From a virus: a stretch of DNA of 64,000 bases. Shown one piece after another: positions 1-8,731 of this stretch. The notes under the pieces were generated by a model that saw nothing but the letters and a program-made list of their open reading frames with translations, did not search any database and was not told the origin of the DNA. The stretch lies in the IMG/VR virus record IMGVR_UViG_3300017917_001030, positions 1-64,000 of that record; one strand, written 5' to 3'. Every line of letters begins with the position of its first letter. Position 1 is the stretch's first letter. The position numbers were made by a program, and so were the translations under genes.

Positions 1-3000
1 ACTAATGTTGTAAGTACACTTGCTGCAAACACACCCCCAAAGGTGGGAATCGTATCTAATCTATCTGCTAACGGTACAGTAGTAGGACAACAAGTATTAA
101 ATTCTGCAGATAATGGTTTGTATGTATGGAGCGGCAACGCTTGGTTAAGCCCTCAGGCAGCATATACCCCAACAGCTAACTCAATTTCTGCCATTGAAAT
201 ATGGACTACCTCTCCTTTACCTAACACAAATTTATTTAACGGTAGACAGCTATTCTGGAACGTAGATTCTAATTTGTACATCAATATAGGCGGGGCTTGG
301 AATAATTACAATGCATATATTAGAGCAACTGCCGGAGGAAATGTTAGTTTAGGTGCTAACTCTATCTCAAGTGCGATGCTGCAAAATGGTATTGTTACTG
401 CAGATAAGATCGTTTCCGGTGCAATTATTGCAGGTAAGATTGCTGCAGCAGCTATTAATTCCACAGAAATAGCAGCTAACGCAATTACATCTAGTTTAAT
501 TGCTGCAAATTCTATTATTGCAGGTAAAGTTGCAGCAGGCGCTATTAGTGCTACTGAAATTGCGGCAAACGCTATTGTTGCTTCAAAACTAGCAGCAAAC
601 TCTGTTTATGCAGATGCATTACAAGCAGAAGCGATTACAGCTAATAAGATTGCAGCAAATGCAATTACAGCTGTTAAGTTAGCTGCTAATGCTGTTTATG
701 CAAATGCAATTCAAGCAAATGCGATTGAAGCAGATAAGATTGCAGCAAACGCTATTACGGCAGTTAAATTAGCAGCTAACGCAATATTTGCATATCACTT
801 GACTGCTAACTCAATTACTGCAAATGCAATTGCAACCAATGCTATTGAAGCAAACAAAATTGCAGCAAACGCTATTACGGCAGTTAAATTAGCAGCTAAT
901 GCTATTTTTGCTTACCACCTAACTGCTAACTCTATTTCAGCAAACGCTATTCAAGCGAATGCGATTGAAGCGGATAAGATTGCAGCGAATGCTATTACAG
1001 CAGTTAAATTGGCAGCTAATGCTATTTTTGCTTATCACCTAACTGCAAATTCAATTACAGCCAATGCGATTGCGACTAACGCAATTACAACAGATAAAAT
1101 TGCTGCTAACGCTATTACTGCTGCAAAAATTGATAGCCGAGGGTTGACGATTAGAGATGCAAACGGTAATGTTATTTTCGGCGCAGGTATTATTTCTAAC
1201 GCTGTTCAAGTTCAGCTATCAAATGGCACATTAACAACGATTGATGCAATTGGTTCCAATGCAGGAACACCTCCAATCACCTTTATTGGCAATTTTGCAA
1301 GTAATACTCAAGCTGACGCTGCAGGCGCTGTTCAAAATTCTGTTTATAAGAATACAGGCGATAATAATAGCTATATTAAGAAAGCTGACGGAACTTGGAT
1401 ATTGTTTGTCCCTGCAGGCGCTACGGGTGCAACAGGTGCTACTGGTGCAACAGGCCCAGCAGGCCCCCAAGGCGCACAAGGTCTAACTGGTCTTCCTGGT
1501 GCAGCAGGTCAGCGAGGAACATTGGCTATTGCTAAAGGTGTTGCTGGATTAACATCTTGGAACGATGCTTTTGCAGTACAGGCTATTACAGAATTGGGTG
1601 CTGCTTATGCTCCTGTAAGCAGAGACACCGTAACGTTATATAATTCATCTAACCCAGCCTCCTTCTCTGAAGGTAGATATTTCGTTCAAGGTACAGGCGG
1701 AGGCGCAAACAGTTGGGTTAGCGTACAAGCATACATTAATGGTAATATGCTTGTTACTGGAACAATCGGAGCAGATAAACTTGTAGCAGGCTCTATTACA
1801 ACTAACCAACTTGCAGCCGGCGCAGTTACAGCGGATGATATTGCGGCGGGAGCTATTACAGCTGGCAAGATTGCAGCAGGTGCGGTTACTGCAGATTTAA
1901 TTACTGCGGGTACATCAACAGTTGCTTCGGGTTTAACATTTGCTTTAGGTAAATTAGCAACTATTGGTACAAGTACAGGATCAGCCACTGCTGCCGTATA
2001 TGGTTCGACTACAACTAAGAGTTATGTAGGCGGAATATTCCAAAACGAAGCTGGAGGTATGGCATTAGCATTGGGCAATTATTCTGCAACTAGAACAACA
2101 GGTTCTGGCCAAGAAGTGCTGGGTGTTTACAGGGGCAAAAACTCATTATATTCAGGTAGACATTGGCAATCCGCTGTTATTGGTAGCGCCGGATCAATGA
2201 TGTATGGTTGGATATCATCGCCATTCTCTATTCTAGCTTCTTATACGGGCGACGCCAAAGAACCTTCAGACCAAGAAGTAGGATTAGCTACAGATTGGGA
2301 AAATACTGGAACTATTAATACGCATGCTACAGTAGGTGGCGTATTCTCAACATATTCTAGAGATAGCGTTGCGTATCAAAGAGCCCAATCTTTGGGTGCA
2401 AGCGCTCCTATTGCCCCAGTTGTTACACGAACGTTAAAGAACCTATACTATGGACGTGGCGCAAAGGATAACAATTATTGCTGGGGCGAATACATTGTAA
2501 CATGGTGTTCTAACACTGACAAATATTCTTCGACTTCAACTGCTCCAGCATATGGTGCTCCAATCGTCGCAGACCTTAAGTTAGGTGTTGATTTATCATA
2601 TTCAACAGCAGCATCTCCTATAGGTAGAGCAATTTGGGTATCTAAAGGCGAAACATTATGGGACAATAATGCAGGTACAATTAAATATGGTAATAACTCT
2701 ATTGGCCCATTTACAGGATCGCACGAAGGATTAGTTGATCCTACAGAAACTTTTGAAATTGGCGATATTGTTGTAGACGTAGAAATTTTGGCTAGATCTA
2801 GTGTAAGTGACGCTTTAGCAAAAGTTACAAAATCTACAGCACCTAATCAGAAATCAGCTGTCGGTGTTTATTCACAACACGATAATCCAGATTGGATCCC
2901 AACATCTATGGTTGATTCTGTAGATGATGGATTAGGTAATGTTAATAGCAAAACATATTTTATTAAACCAGAATATGTAGAAGTAAAAGGCAACCTATTA

Positions 3001-3225
3001 CCAGTTATATTCAATTCGCTAGGTGAAGGTCAAATCAATGTTTGTGGTGAAAACGGAGACATTGAAGCAGGCGACCTAATTACAACATCATCCATTCCTG
3101 GCAAGGGTATGAAACAATCTGATGATCTAATTAGAAATTATACAGTAGCGAAAGCAAGAGAAGCAGTCACATTTAGTTCGCCTACAGAAGTAAAAATGAT
3201 TGCATGTATTTACCACTGCGGTTAA
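1..3225 (+). CDS. Long tail fibre / receptor-binding protein, 5'-truncated; has 10-aa repeats, a collagen segment and a C-terminal intramolecular-chaperone (peptidase G2/IMC-like) domain
   Basis: Frame is open from base 1 (TNVVSTLAANTPPKV...). Contains AITAxKIAAN repeats and a GXY run. C-terminus FTGSHEG...NSLGEGQINVCGENGDIEAGDLITTS...GKGMKQ...YTVAK...IACIYHCG is typical of fibre autocleaving chaperones. Lies upstream of the neck genes. Confidence 0.8.
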   Translation, partial: TNVVSTLAANTPPKVGIVSNLSANGTVVGQQVLNSADNGLYVWSGNAWLSPQAAYTPTANSISAIEIWTTSPLPNTNLFNGRQLFWNVDSNLYINIGGAWNNYNAYIRATAGGNVSLGANSISSAMLQNGIVTADKIVSGAIIAGKIAAAAINSTEIAANAITSSLIAANSIIAGKVAAGAISATEIAANAIVASKLAANSVYADALQAEAITANKIAANAITAVKLAANAVYANAIQANAIEADKIAANAITAVKLAANAIFAYHLTANSITANAIATNAIEANKIAANAITAVKLAANAIFAYHLTANSISANAIQANAIEADKIAANAITAVKLAANAIFAYHLTANSITANAIATNAITTDKIAANAITAAKIDSRGLTIRDANGNVIFGAGIISNAVQVQLSNGTLTTIDAIGSNAGTPPITFIGNFASNTQADAAGAVQNSVYKNTGDNNSYIKKADGTWILFVPAGATGATGATGATGPAGPQGAQGLTGLPGAAGQRGTLAIAKGVAGLTSWNDAFAVQAITELGAAYAPVSRDTVTLYNSSNPASFSEGRYFVQGTGGGANSWVSVQAYINGNMLVTGTIGADKLVAGSITTNQLAAGAVTADDIAAGAITAGKIAAGAVTADLITAGTSTVASGLTFALGKLATIGTSTGSATAAVYGSTTTKSYVGGIFQNEAGGMALALGNYSATRTTGSGQEVLGVYRGKNSLYSGRHWQSAVIGSAGSMMYGWISSPFSILASYTGDAKEPSDQEVGLATDWENTGTINTHATVGGVFSTYSRDSVAYQRAQSLGASAPIAPVVTRTLKNLYYGRGAKDNNYCWGEYIVTWCSNTDKYSSTSTAPAYGAPIVADLKLGVDLSYSTAASPIGRAIWVSKGETLWDNNAGTIKYGNNSIGPFTGSHEGLVDPTETFEIGDIVVDVEILARSSVSDALAKVTKSTAPNQKSAVGVYSQHDNPDWIPTSMVDSVDDGLGNVNSKTYFIKPEYVEVKGNLLPVIFNSLGEGQINVCGENGDIEAGDLITTSSIPGKGMKQSDDLIRNYTVAKAREAVTFSSPTEVKMIACIYHCG
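361..1130 (+). repeat. Coding tandem repeat: 30-bp (10-aa) units organised into three 120-bp (40-aa) higher-order copies at 721, 841 and 961
   Basis: AIEADKIAANAITAVKLAANAIFAYHLTANSITANAIATN is repeated. The DNA copies differ mostly at third codon positions. Confidence 0.9.
1417..1518 (+). repeat. Collagen-like Gly-X-Y repeat inside the tail fibre
   Basis: GATGATGATGATGPAGPQGAQGLTGLPGAAGQRG. Confidence 0.85.
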
Positions 3226-3229
3226 TTAA

Positions 3230-4180
3230 ATGGCAAAAACTAAAAATTTAGTAATAGATCAGGGTACATCATTTTATGCGAATGTACAGTACCTTGACGA
3301 CAACAAACACCCTATATCTTTAGTAGGCTACGATGTCCGCAGTAAAATGCGTAAATCGTATAATAGTTCTAATTCAGCATCAATAGGAGTAAATGTAACA
3401 AACGCTGCTACAGGCAATGTTCAGTTGTATTTGTCGCCAACACAAACTGCAGGTATTAAATCTGGTAGATATGTGTATGATGTAGAAGCCAATATTGGTT
3501 CGGATGTTGTTAGAATTGTAGAAGGTATTGTAACTGTTTATCCTACTGCATCTGGTGTATCCACAGGTTCTTTATTTACTTCACCGCAACTTGTTTCTGT
3601 TAGTGACGATGATTTCACAACTGCAAATATTAGAGAGCTAACAAATTTATTCTACACTAACGCAAGAGTTTATTCCAACGTTGTTACTGCTCTAAATGCA
3701 TATTCTGGTAATATTTCTGTTACCGGAGGCATCACAAAGACACGTTTTAATAGCGGCGAAACTATAAAAACAGTTATGTATTCTGCAGCAGAACTTACTA
3801 TACTAGCAACAGTAAACGCAAATACAAATAACTTTACAGATGTTGTAGAAATTTCTTATCCGCCAGCAAGTTCTAATAGTTATCTAATGATTGATTTTAC
3901 AACAAAGTATACTGCTAGTGGAGCTGGGCATGATAGTTTTACTAGCCAAATTGCTGTAGATGGAACACAAATAGCGTACAATAGTGTTGATTACGTCGAT
4001 GGTTCAGATGGTAGACATCATAGATTCGGTGTTCTATTTCCATTAATGGGCAAATATACAAACGCAAATACTGATTCAAAATTAATAACTATATCAATGA
4101 AACGTGATTCTGCAGACGATAATATCACAATTTATCCTGACAATAGTATGTGGCTGCGTGTGACAGAGGTCGCAGTTTAA
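3230..4180 (+). CDS. Virion structural protein with a BppU-like N-terminal (baseplate/tail-fibre attachment) domain
   Basis: N-terminus NLVIDQGTSF...GRYVYDVE...RIVEGIVTVYP is a common T4-like structural module. Sits between the fibre and gp13. Confidence 0.6.
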   Translation: MAKTKNLVIDQGTSFYANVQYLDDNKHPISLVGYDVRSKMRKSYNSSNSASIGVNVTNAATGNVQLYLSPTQTAGIKSGRYVYDVEANIGSDVVRIVEGIVTVYPTASGVSTGSLFTSPQLVSVSDDDFTTANIRELTNLFYTNARVYSNVVTALNAYSGNISVTGGITKTRFNSGETIKTVMYSAAELTILATVNANTNNFTDVVEISYPPASSNSYLMIDFTTKYTASGAGHDSFTSQIAVDGTQIAYNSVDYVDGSDGRHHRFGVLFPLMGKYTNANTDSKLITISMKRDSADDNITIYPDNSMWLRVTEVAV

Positions 4181-4208
4181 CAAATAAATATTGTAAAAGG
4201 ATTTTAAA

Positions 4209-4952
4209 ATGGCAGCCGTAACCTCAAGAGAACAATTAAAAGATTATTGCTTACGTAAGTTAGGTTCACCTGTTATTGAAATAAACGTAGACGACGATCA
4301 AATTGAAGATCGTATAGATGACGCTTTTCAATTTTACAGAGAATACCATTACGATGCTGTAGAAAAGATCTATCTACAATATCAATTTACAGCAGAAGAT
4401 ATTGTAAATCGTTATATCCCATTACCCGACGCAGTGGTAGGGGTTGAACGTATTCTTCCATTCTCACACCGAACAACAGGTATCAATATTTTTGATATCA
4501 GATACCAGATTCTTATTAATGACCTTTATAGTTTAATGTCTACCGATATTATTTACTATGCTCAGGTCAGACAACAGCTTGAATTAATCAATCAGGTTTT
4601 AGTAGGCACAAAACCAGTTAGATTCAATAGACACATGAATAGATTGTATATTGATATGGACTGGTCTGCAAATGCTCGAGCAGGAGATTTCGTTATTGTA
4701 GAAGCGTGGAGAATTTTAGATCCGTCTACATATACCGATGTATATAATGATATGTTCTTGAAGAAATATGCAACTGCTTTAATTAAACGCCAATGGGGCG
4801 CTAATATCAAGAAGTTTAATGGAGTACAACTTCCTGGTGGTGTAACCTTAAATGGAGACACAATATATCAAGAAGCTGAAGAAGAAATAAAACAGATTGA
4901 ATCTGAAATACAATCTAAATTCGAATTGCCGGTAGATTTCTTTACAGGATAA
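4209..4952 (+). CDS. gp13: Neck protein gp13
   Basis: SREQLKDYCLRKLGSPVIEINVDDDQIEDRID...KRQWGANIKKFNGVQLPGGVTLNG; T4-like synteny. Confidence 0.93.
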   Translation: MAAVTSREQLKDYCLRKLGSPVIEINVDDDQIEDRIDDAFQFYREYHYDAVEKIYLQYQFTAEDIVNRYIPLPDAVVGVERILPFSHRTTGINIFDIRYQILINDLYSLMSTDIIYYAQVRQQLELINQVLVGTKPVRFNRHMNRLYIDMDWSANARAGDFVIVEAWRILDPSTYTDVYNDMFLKKYATALIKRQWGANIKKFNGVQLPGGVTLNGDTIYQEAEEEIKQIESEIQSKFELPVDFFTG

Positions 4953-5017
4953 TTATTTCTATCACCCAGGCTCATAGCAAATACTAACACCTACGTCAAT
5001 AGAAGTCTATAGCAATT

Positions 5018-5773
5018 ATGGCTACAGTAAACCATTATTTTCAATCCGGCGTCCCGATGGGAAGAGCTACGGAGCAGAACCTCTATGAGGATTTAATAAT
5101 AGAGTGTCTGCGAATTTATGGTTTCGAGATAATCTATATCCCACGTAAGGCGGTTAACGAAGACCTTATTTTGGGTGAAGATCCTTTGAGCAGATTCGAG
5201 CACGCCTATCCAATTGAGATGTATATGGAAAACGTTCAAGGTATGGACGGCGAAGGCGAACTTCTATCTAAGTTTGGTGTCGAGACAAGAGAGTCAGCGA
5301 CCTTTGTTGTCTCACGCCGTAGATGGTTAGAAACGGTTGGCAGAACAGGTAATACTATTTTGGATATACGACCTGCAGAAGGTGACGTTCTATTTTTCCC
5401 ATTAACTAAATCTTATTTTGAAATAAGAAAGGTTGAAGGCGATCAACCGTTTTATCAGGTAGGTAAACTGTACGTATTTAGATTACAATGTGAATTGATG
5501 CAGATGTCTAGTGAGGAGTTTAATACAGGTGAAGAACTTATAGACGATACGTATAATAATTTGAGTGAAGATATCACACAATTCATGTTATTGAATGAAG
5601 ATGGAACAGACGGTATCTATTTAGAATATACTACAAATACACCTATGATAACGGAAGATTATGTTCTTGCTAACCTAACCGACGGCGGCGCAAGAAACGA
5701 AGACTTCAACACTAATATAGAAGAGATTCTAGATTTTACCGAAAGAAATCCTTTCGGTGAGGTATTCAAATAA
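5018..5773 (+). CDS. gp14: Neck protein gp14
   Basis: EQNLYEDLIIE...YIPR...GEGELLSKFG...RPAEGD...PFYQVGK...DFTERNPFG; synteny. Confidence 0.93.
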   Translation: MATVNHYFQSGVPMGRATEQNLYEDLIIECLRIYGFEIIYIPRKAVNEDLILGEDPLSRFEHAYPIEMYMENVQGMDGEGELLSKFGVETRESATFVVSRRRWLETVGRTGNTILDIRPAEGDVLFFPLTKSYFEIRKVEGDQPFYQVGKLYVFRLQCELMQMSSEEFNTGEELIDDTYNNLSEDITQFMLLNEDGTDGIYLEYTTNTPMITEDYVLANLTDGGARNEDFNTNIEEILDFTERNPFGEVFK

Positions 5774-6525
5774 TGTTAGATCAAAGATTTTACTGGGGAA
5801 CTATTAGAAAGGCTATCGTAGCTTTTGGTAATATGTTCAATCAGATTACTATAGAGCGCAAAGCTGCGGATGGCACTGTAGAACAAATTCTACGTGTACC
5901 TTTAGCATATGCACCTAAGCAAAAGTTTCTAGCTAGAATACAACAGCGTCCTAACATTGACGATCGTAACGTTCAGGTTATTTTGCCTAGAATGTCCTTT
6001 GAGATGATTTCTTTGAACTATGACTTTAATAGAAAAATAAGTCCGTTACAACAGACTAGAAATATTAATACATCTACAACTACATTAGATACACAGTATG
6101 CACCCACACCCTATAACATACAGATGTATCTTTATATCTATGCTAAGAACCAAGATGATGGTTTACAGATTATAGAACAAATTTTACCTTACTTCAACCC
6201 AGATTACAACCTAACTATGAAGACGGTTCCTGAGTTGAACATTAAAAACGACTTACCTATTATTTTAGATTCTGTTACCTTTGAAGATGACTATGAGGGC
6301 GACTTCTCGACAAGAAGAGCTATTATTTGGACATTGACATTTACAATGAAACTAAATTTCTATGGTCCTGTTAATAAGCAGGGTGTTATTCGTAAGGTTA
6401 TTGCTAGCACATTTAATGATACAAGTTTGACTAGCAAGCAGACTGAGTATACTGTTCAACCCGATCCAACGACTGCTAAACCTGGCGATGATATAGGGTT
6501 TATTGAAAACTTTGAAGATTTCTAA
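5773..6525 (+). CDS. gp15: Tail sheath stabiliser/terminator gp15
   Basis: FYWGTIRKAIVAFGNMFN...VPLAYAPKQKFL...LPRMSFE...QIIEQILPYFNP. Confidence 0.93.
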   Translation: MLDQRFYWGTIRKAIVAFGNMFNQITIERKAADGTVEQILRVPLAYAPKQKFLARIQQRPNIDDRNVQVILPRMSFEMISLNYDFNRKISPLQQTRNINTSTTTLDTQYAPTPYNIQMYLYIYAKNQDDGLQIIEQILPYFNPDYNLTMKTVPELNIKNDLPIILDSVTFEDDYEGDFSTRRAIIWTLTFTMKLNFYGPVNKQGVIRKVIASTFNDTSLTSKQTEYTVQPDPTTAKPGDDIGFIENFEDF

Positions 6526-6968
6526 TGAAAAATATTCCTGAACTAGATAAATTGTTTAATATTGATCCTGCGACAGACAGCGGGACAGAAAACTTACCTG
6601 CTTTACCGGAATCAAGTACACGCAAGTTAGACCAACAAGATGATTATGAACTTGCTCGAAGCACCTTGAGAAATTTAATAGTTAAAAGTGAATCAACGTT
6701 AGATCAAATGATTGATCTAGCAAAAAATTCTGAGCATCCAAGAACATATGAGGTCGCAGGGCAACTTATTAAAACAGTGTCGGATGTTGCAAAAGATTTA
6801 TTAGAGTTGCAGAAGAAAGCTAAAGATTTGGAAAAGGATGAGGCTGGTGGTAACGACGGACCTAAAAATATTACAAACAACAATGTAGTATTTGCTGGGT
6901 CCACTGCCGATCTATTTAAAATGATTAAGCAACAAAATAATAACGACGGTAAGACAATTGAGCAATAA
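6525..6968 (+). CDS. gp16: Terminase small subunit gp16
   Basis: DDYELAR...SEHPRTYEVAGQLIK...NNNVVFAGSTADL; immediately upstream of gp17. Confidence 0.9.
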   Translation: MKNIPELDKLFNIDPATDSGTENLPALPESSTRKLDQQDDYELARSTLRNLIVKSESTLDQMIDLAKNSEHPRTYEVAGQLIKTVSDVAKDLLELQKKAKDLEKDEAGGNDGPKNITNNNVVFAGSTADLFKMIKQQNNNDGKTIEQ

Positions 6969-8661
6969 GCAAATTTCTTATAATGGCAATCCCAATTTAA
7001 AACCAATCGGGATTGTAGAAAACTACACCGCAGATCAAGTTAAAGAACTAATGCGGTGCATGGCCGATCCAATCTATTTTATTGAGAATTACTGTAAGAT
7101 AGTTTCTTTGGATAAGGGCTTAATTAATTTTAAACTTTACGATTGCCAGAAAGAAAAGGTAAACGTAATTTTAAATAATCGTAAAGTTATACTGATGGAA
7201 GGTAGACAGCAGGGCAAGACAATTACGTCTGCTGCTTGTATACTTTGGTATACGTTGTTTCAGGAAAATAAGACAGTTGCTATTCTAGCCAACAAATCTT
7301 CAGCTGCTCGAGAAGTTTTATCTAGATACGAATTAATGTATGAGATGTTGCCCATGTGGATGCAACAGGGTGTAAAAACATTTAACAAGGGCGACATTGA
7401 ACTTGAGAATGGTTCAAAGGTATTTACAGCAGCTACTAGCGCATCTGGTATTCGAGGTAAGTCTGTTAACTGGTTGTATATTGACGAAGCGGCTATTATC
7501 CCAAACAACGTCGCAGAAGAATTCTTTACATCTGTTTATCCGACAATTTCTTCGGGTCAAACAACAAAGATTCTTCTTACATCTACGCCTCTTGGTTACA
7601 ATCACTTCTGGAAATTCTGGAACGAAGCAGAACAAGGTCTAAACGGTTTCGTTCCGTTGTTTATTCCGTATAACAAGATTCCTGGCAGAGATGCTAAGTG
7701 GGCTGAAGAACAAAAGGCCATGCTTGGTGAATTGAAGTTTAACCAGGAAGTTCTATGTAAGTTCCTTGGTTCTTCTAATACACTAATTAACCCAGATACC
7801 ATTTCTCAGATGTCCACAAAACAGTTCGTCTACTCAAAAGATGGGTTGGACGTTTTAGAAGCTCCTATTAGAGCAACTAAAAAGGATACTGGAGAACTAG
7901 AGGGTGAGAATCACGTATACACGTTAGTAGCAGATACTTCTCGCGGTGTAGAGGGCGACTATTCTGCATTTACTGTAATTGACATAACTAGATATCCATA
8001 TAAGGTTGTAGCTAAGTACAGAAGTAATAAAATCAGCCCGTTGATGTTCCCAAACATCATATATAAAGTAGCAAAAGATTATAATAACGCTTACTGTTTG
8101 GTTGAAATCAATGATAACGGTCAACAGGTAGCGGATTCGTTATACATGGACTTGGAATACGAAAACGTATTCTTTGTTGGAAATAATAGTAAATCTGGAC
8201 AATATCTATCTGGCGGATTTACTCAAGGTGCGACTCTTGGTATAAGAACCACTAAACAGGTTAAGCGCCTGGGTTGTACCTCTTTTAAGAGCTTGGTTGA
8301 GGGAACAAAGCTTCTAATCCATGACCCTGAAATAATTGAGGAGATTTCTACATTTATTGAGGTTAGAGGAACACACAAAGCAGATGAAGGATATCATGAT
8401 GATCTTGTTATGTGCTTGGTATTATTCTCATGGGCTACGAACGAACCGTTCTTTAAGGACCTAACAGATACGAACTTGAGAAAAGTTCTATATGAAGATC
8501 AGTTCAAACAGATAGAAGAGCATCTAACACCATTTGGTTTTATTAATGACGGGTTGCCAGAAACGCCTCAACCTGAATCTGACGGAGGAGATGTATGGTT
8601 TTCCAAGGATCCTACTAAGGAAATGGAAAAACTTAAAAGAAATTGGCTTGAGGCAGTCTAA
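6958..8661 (+). CDS. gp17: Terminase large subunit gp17
   Basis: YNGNPNLK, Walker A RQQGKT, Walker B LYIDEAA, TSTPLG, nuclease motif HDDLVM. Confidence 0.97.
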   Translation: MSNKQISYNGNPNLKPIGIVENYTADQVKELMRCMADPIYFIENYCKIVSLDKGLINFKLYDCQKEKVNVILNNRKVILMEGRQQGKTITSAACILWYTLFQENKTVAILANKSSAAREVLSRYELMYEMLPMWMQQGVKTFNKGDIELENGSKVFTAATSASGIRGKSVNWLYIDEAAIIPNNVAEEFFTSVYPTISSGQTTKILLTSTPLGYNHFWKFWNEAEQGLNGFVPLFIPYNKIPGRDAKWAEEQKAMLGELKFNQEVLCKFLGSSNTLINPDTISQMSTKQFVYSKDGLDVLEAPIRATKKDTGELEGENHVYTLVADTSRGVEGDYSAFTVIDITRYPYKVVAKYRSNKISPLMFPNIIYKVAKDYNNAYCLVEINDNGQQVADSLYMDLEYENVFFVGNNSKSGQYLSGGFTQGATLGIRTTKQVKRLGCTSFKSLVEGTKLLIHDPEIIEEISTFIEVRGTHKADEGYHDDLVMCLVLFSWATNEPFFKDLTDTNLRKVLYEDQFKQIEEHLTPFGFINDGLPETPQPESDGGDVWFSKDPTKEMEKLKRNWLEAV

Positions 8662-8672
8662 AAAGATAGTAT

Positions 8673-8680
8673 TATAAATA
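8673..8680 (+). promoter_or_regulatory. T4-type late promoter (TATAAATA) for gp18
   Basis: Exact TATAAATA in the intergenic region upstream of the sheath gene. The window encodes gp55. Confidence 0.8.
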
Positions 8681-8731
8681 AATAGTAATCAATAGTTATT
8701 TGGACTATTTATAAATCTTAAGGAGAATAAG

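Noticed and set aside
361-1130. Periodic DNA repeats that could suggest a CRISPR array or a DGR template/variable pair
   Set aside because: The repeats are in-frame 30/120-bp coding units with third-position variation and no unique spacers. There is no adenine-specific mutation pattern and no reverse transcriptase or cas gene in the window.
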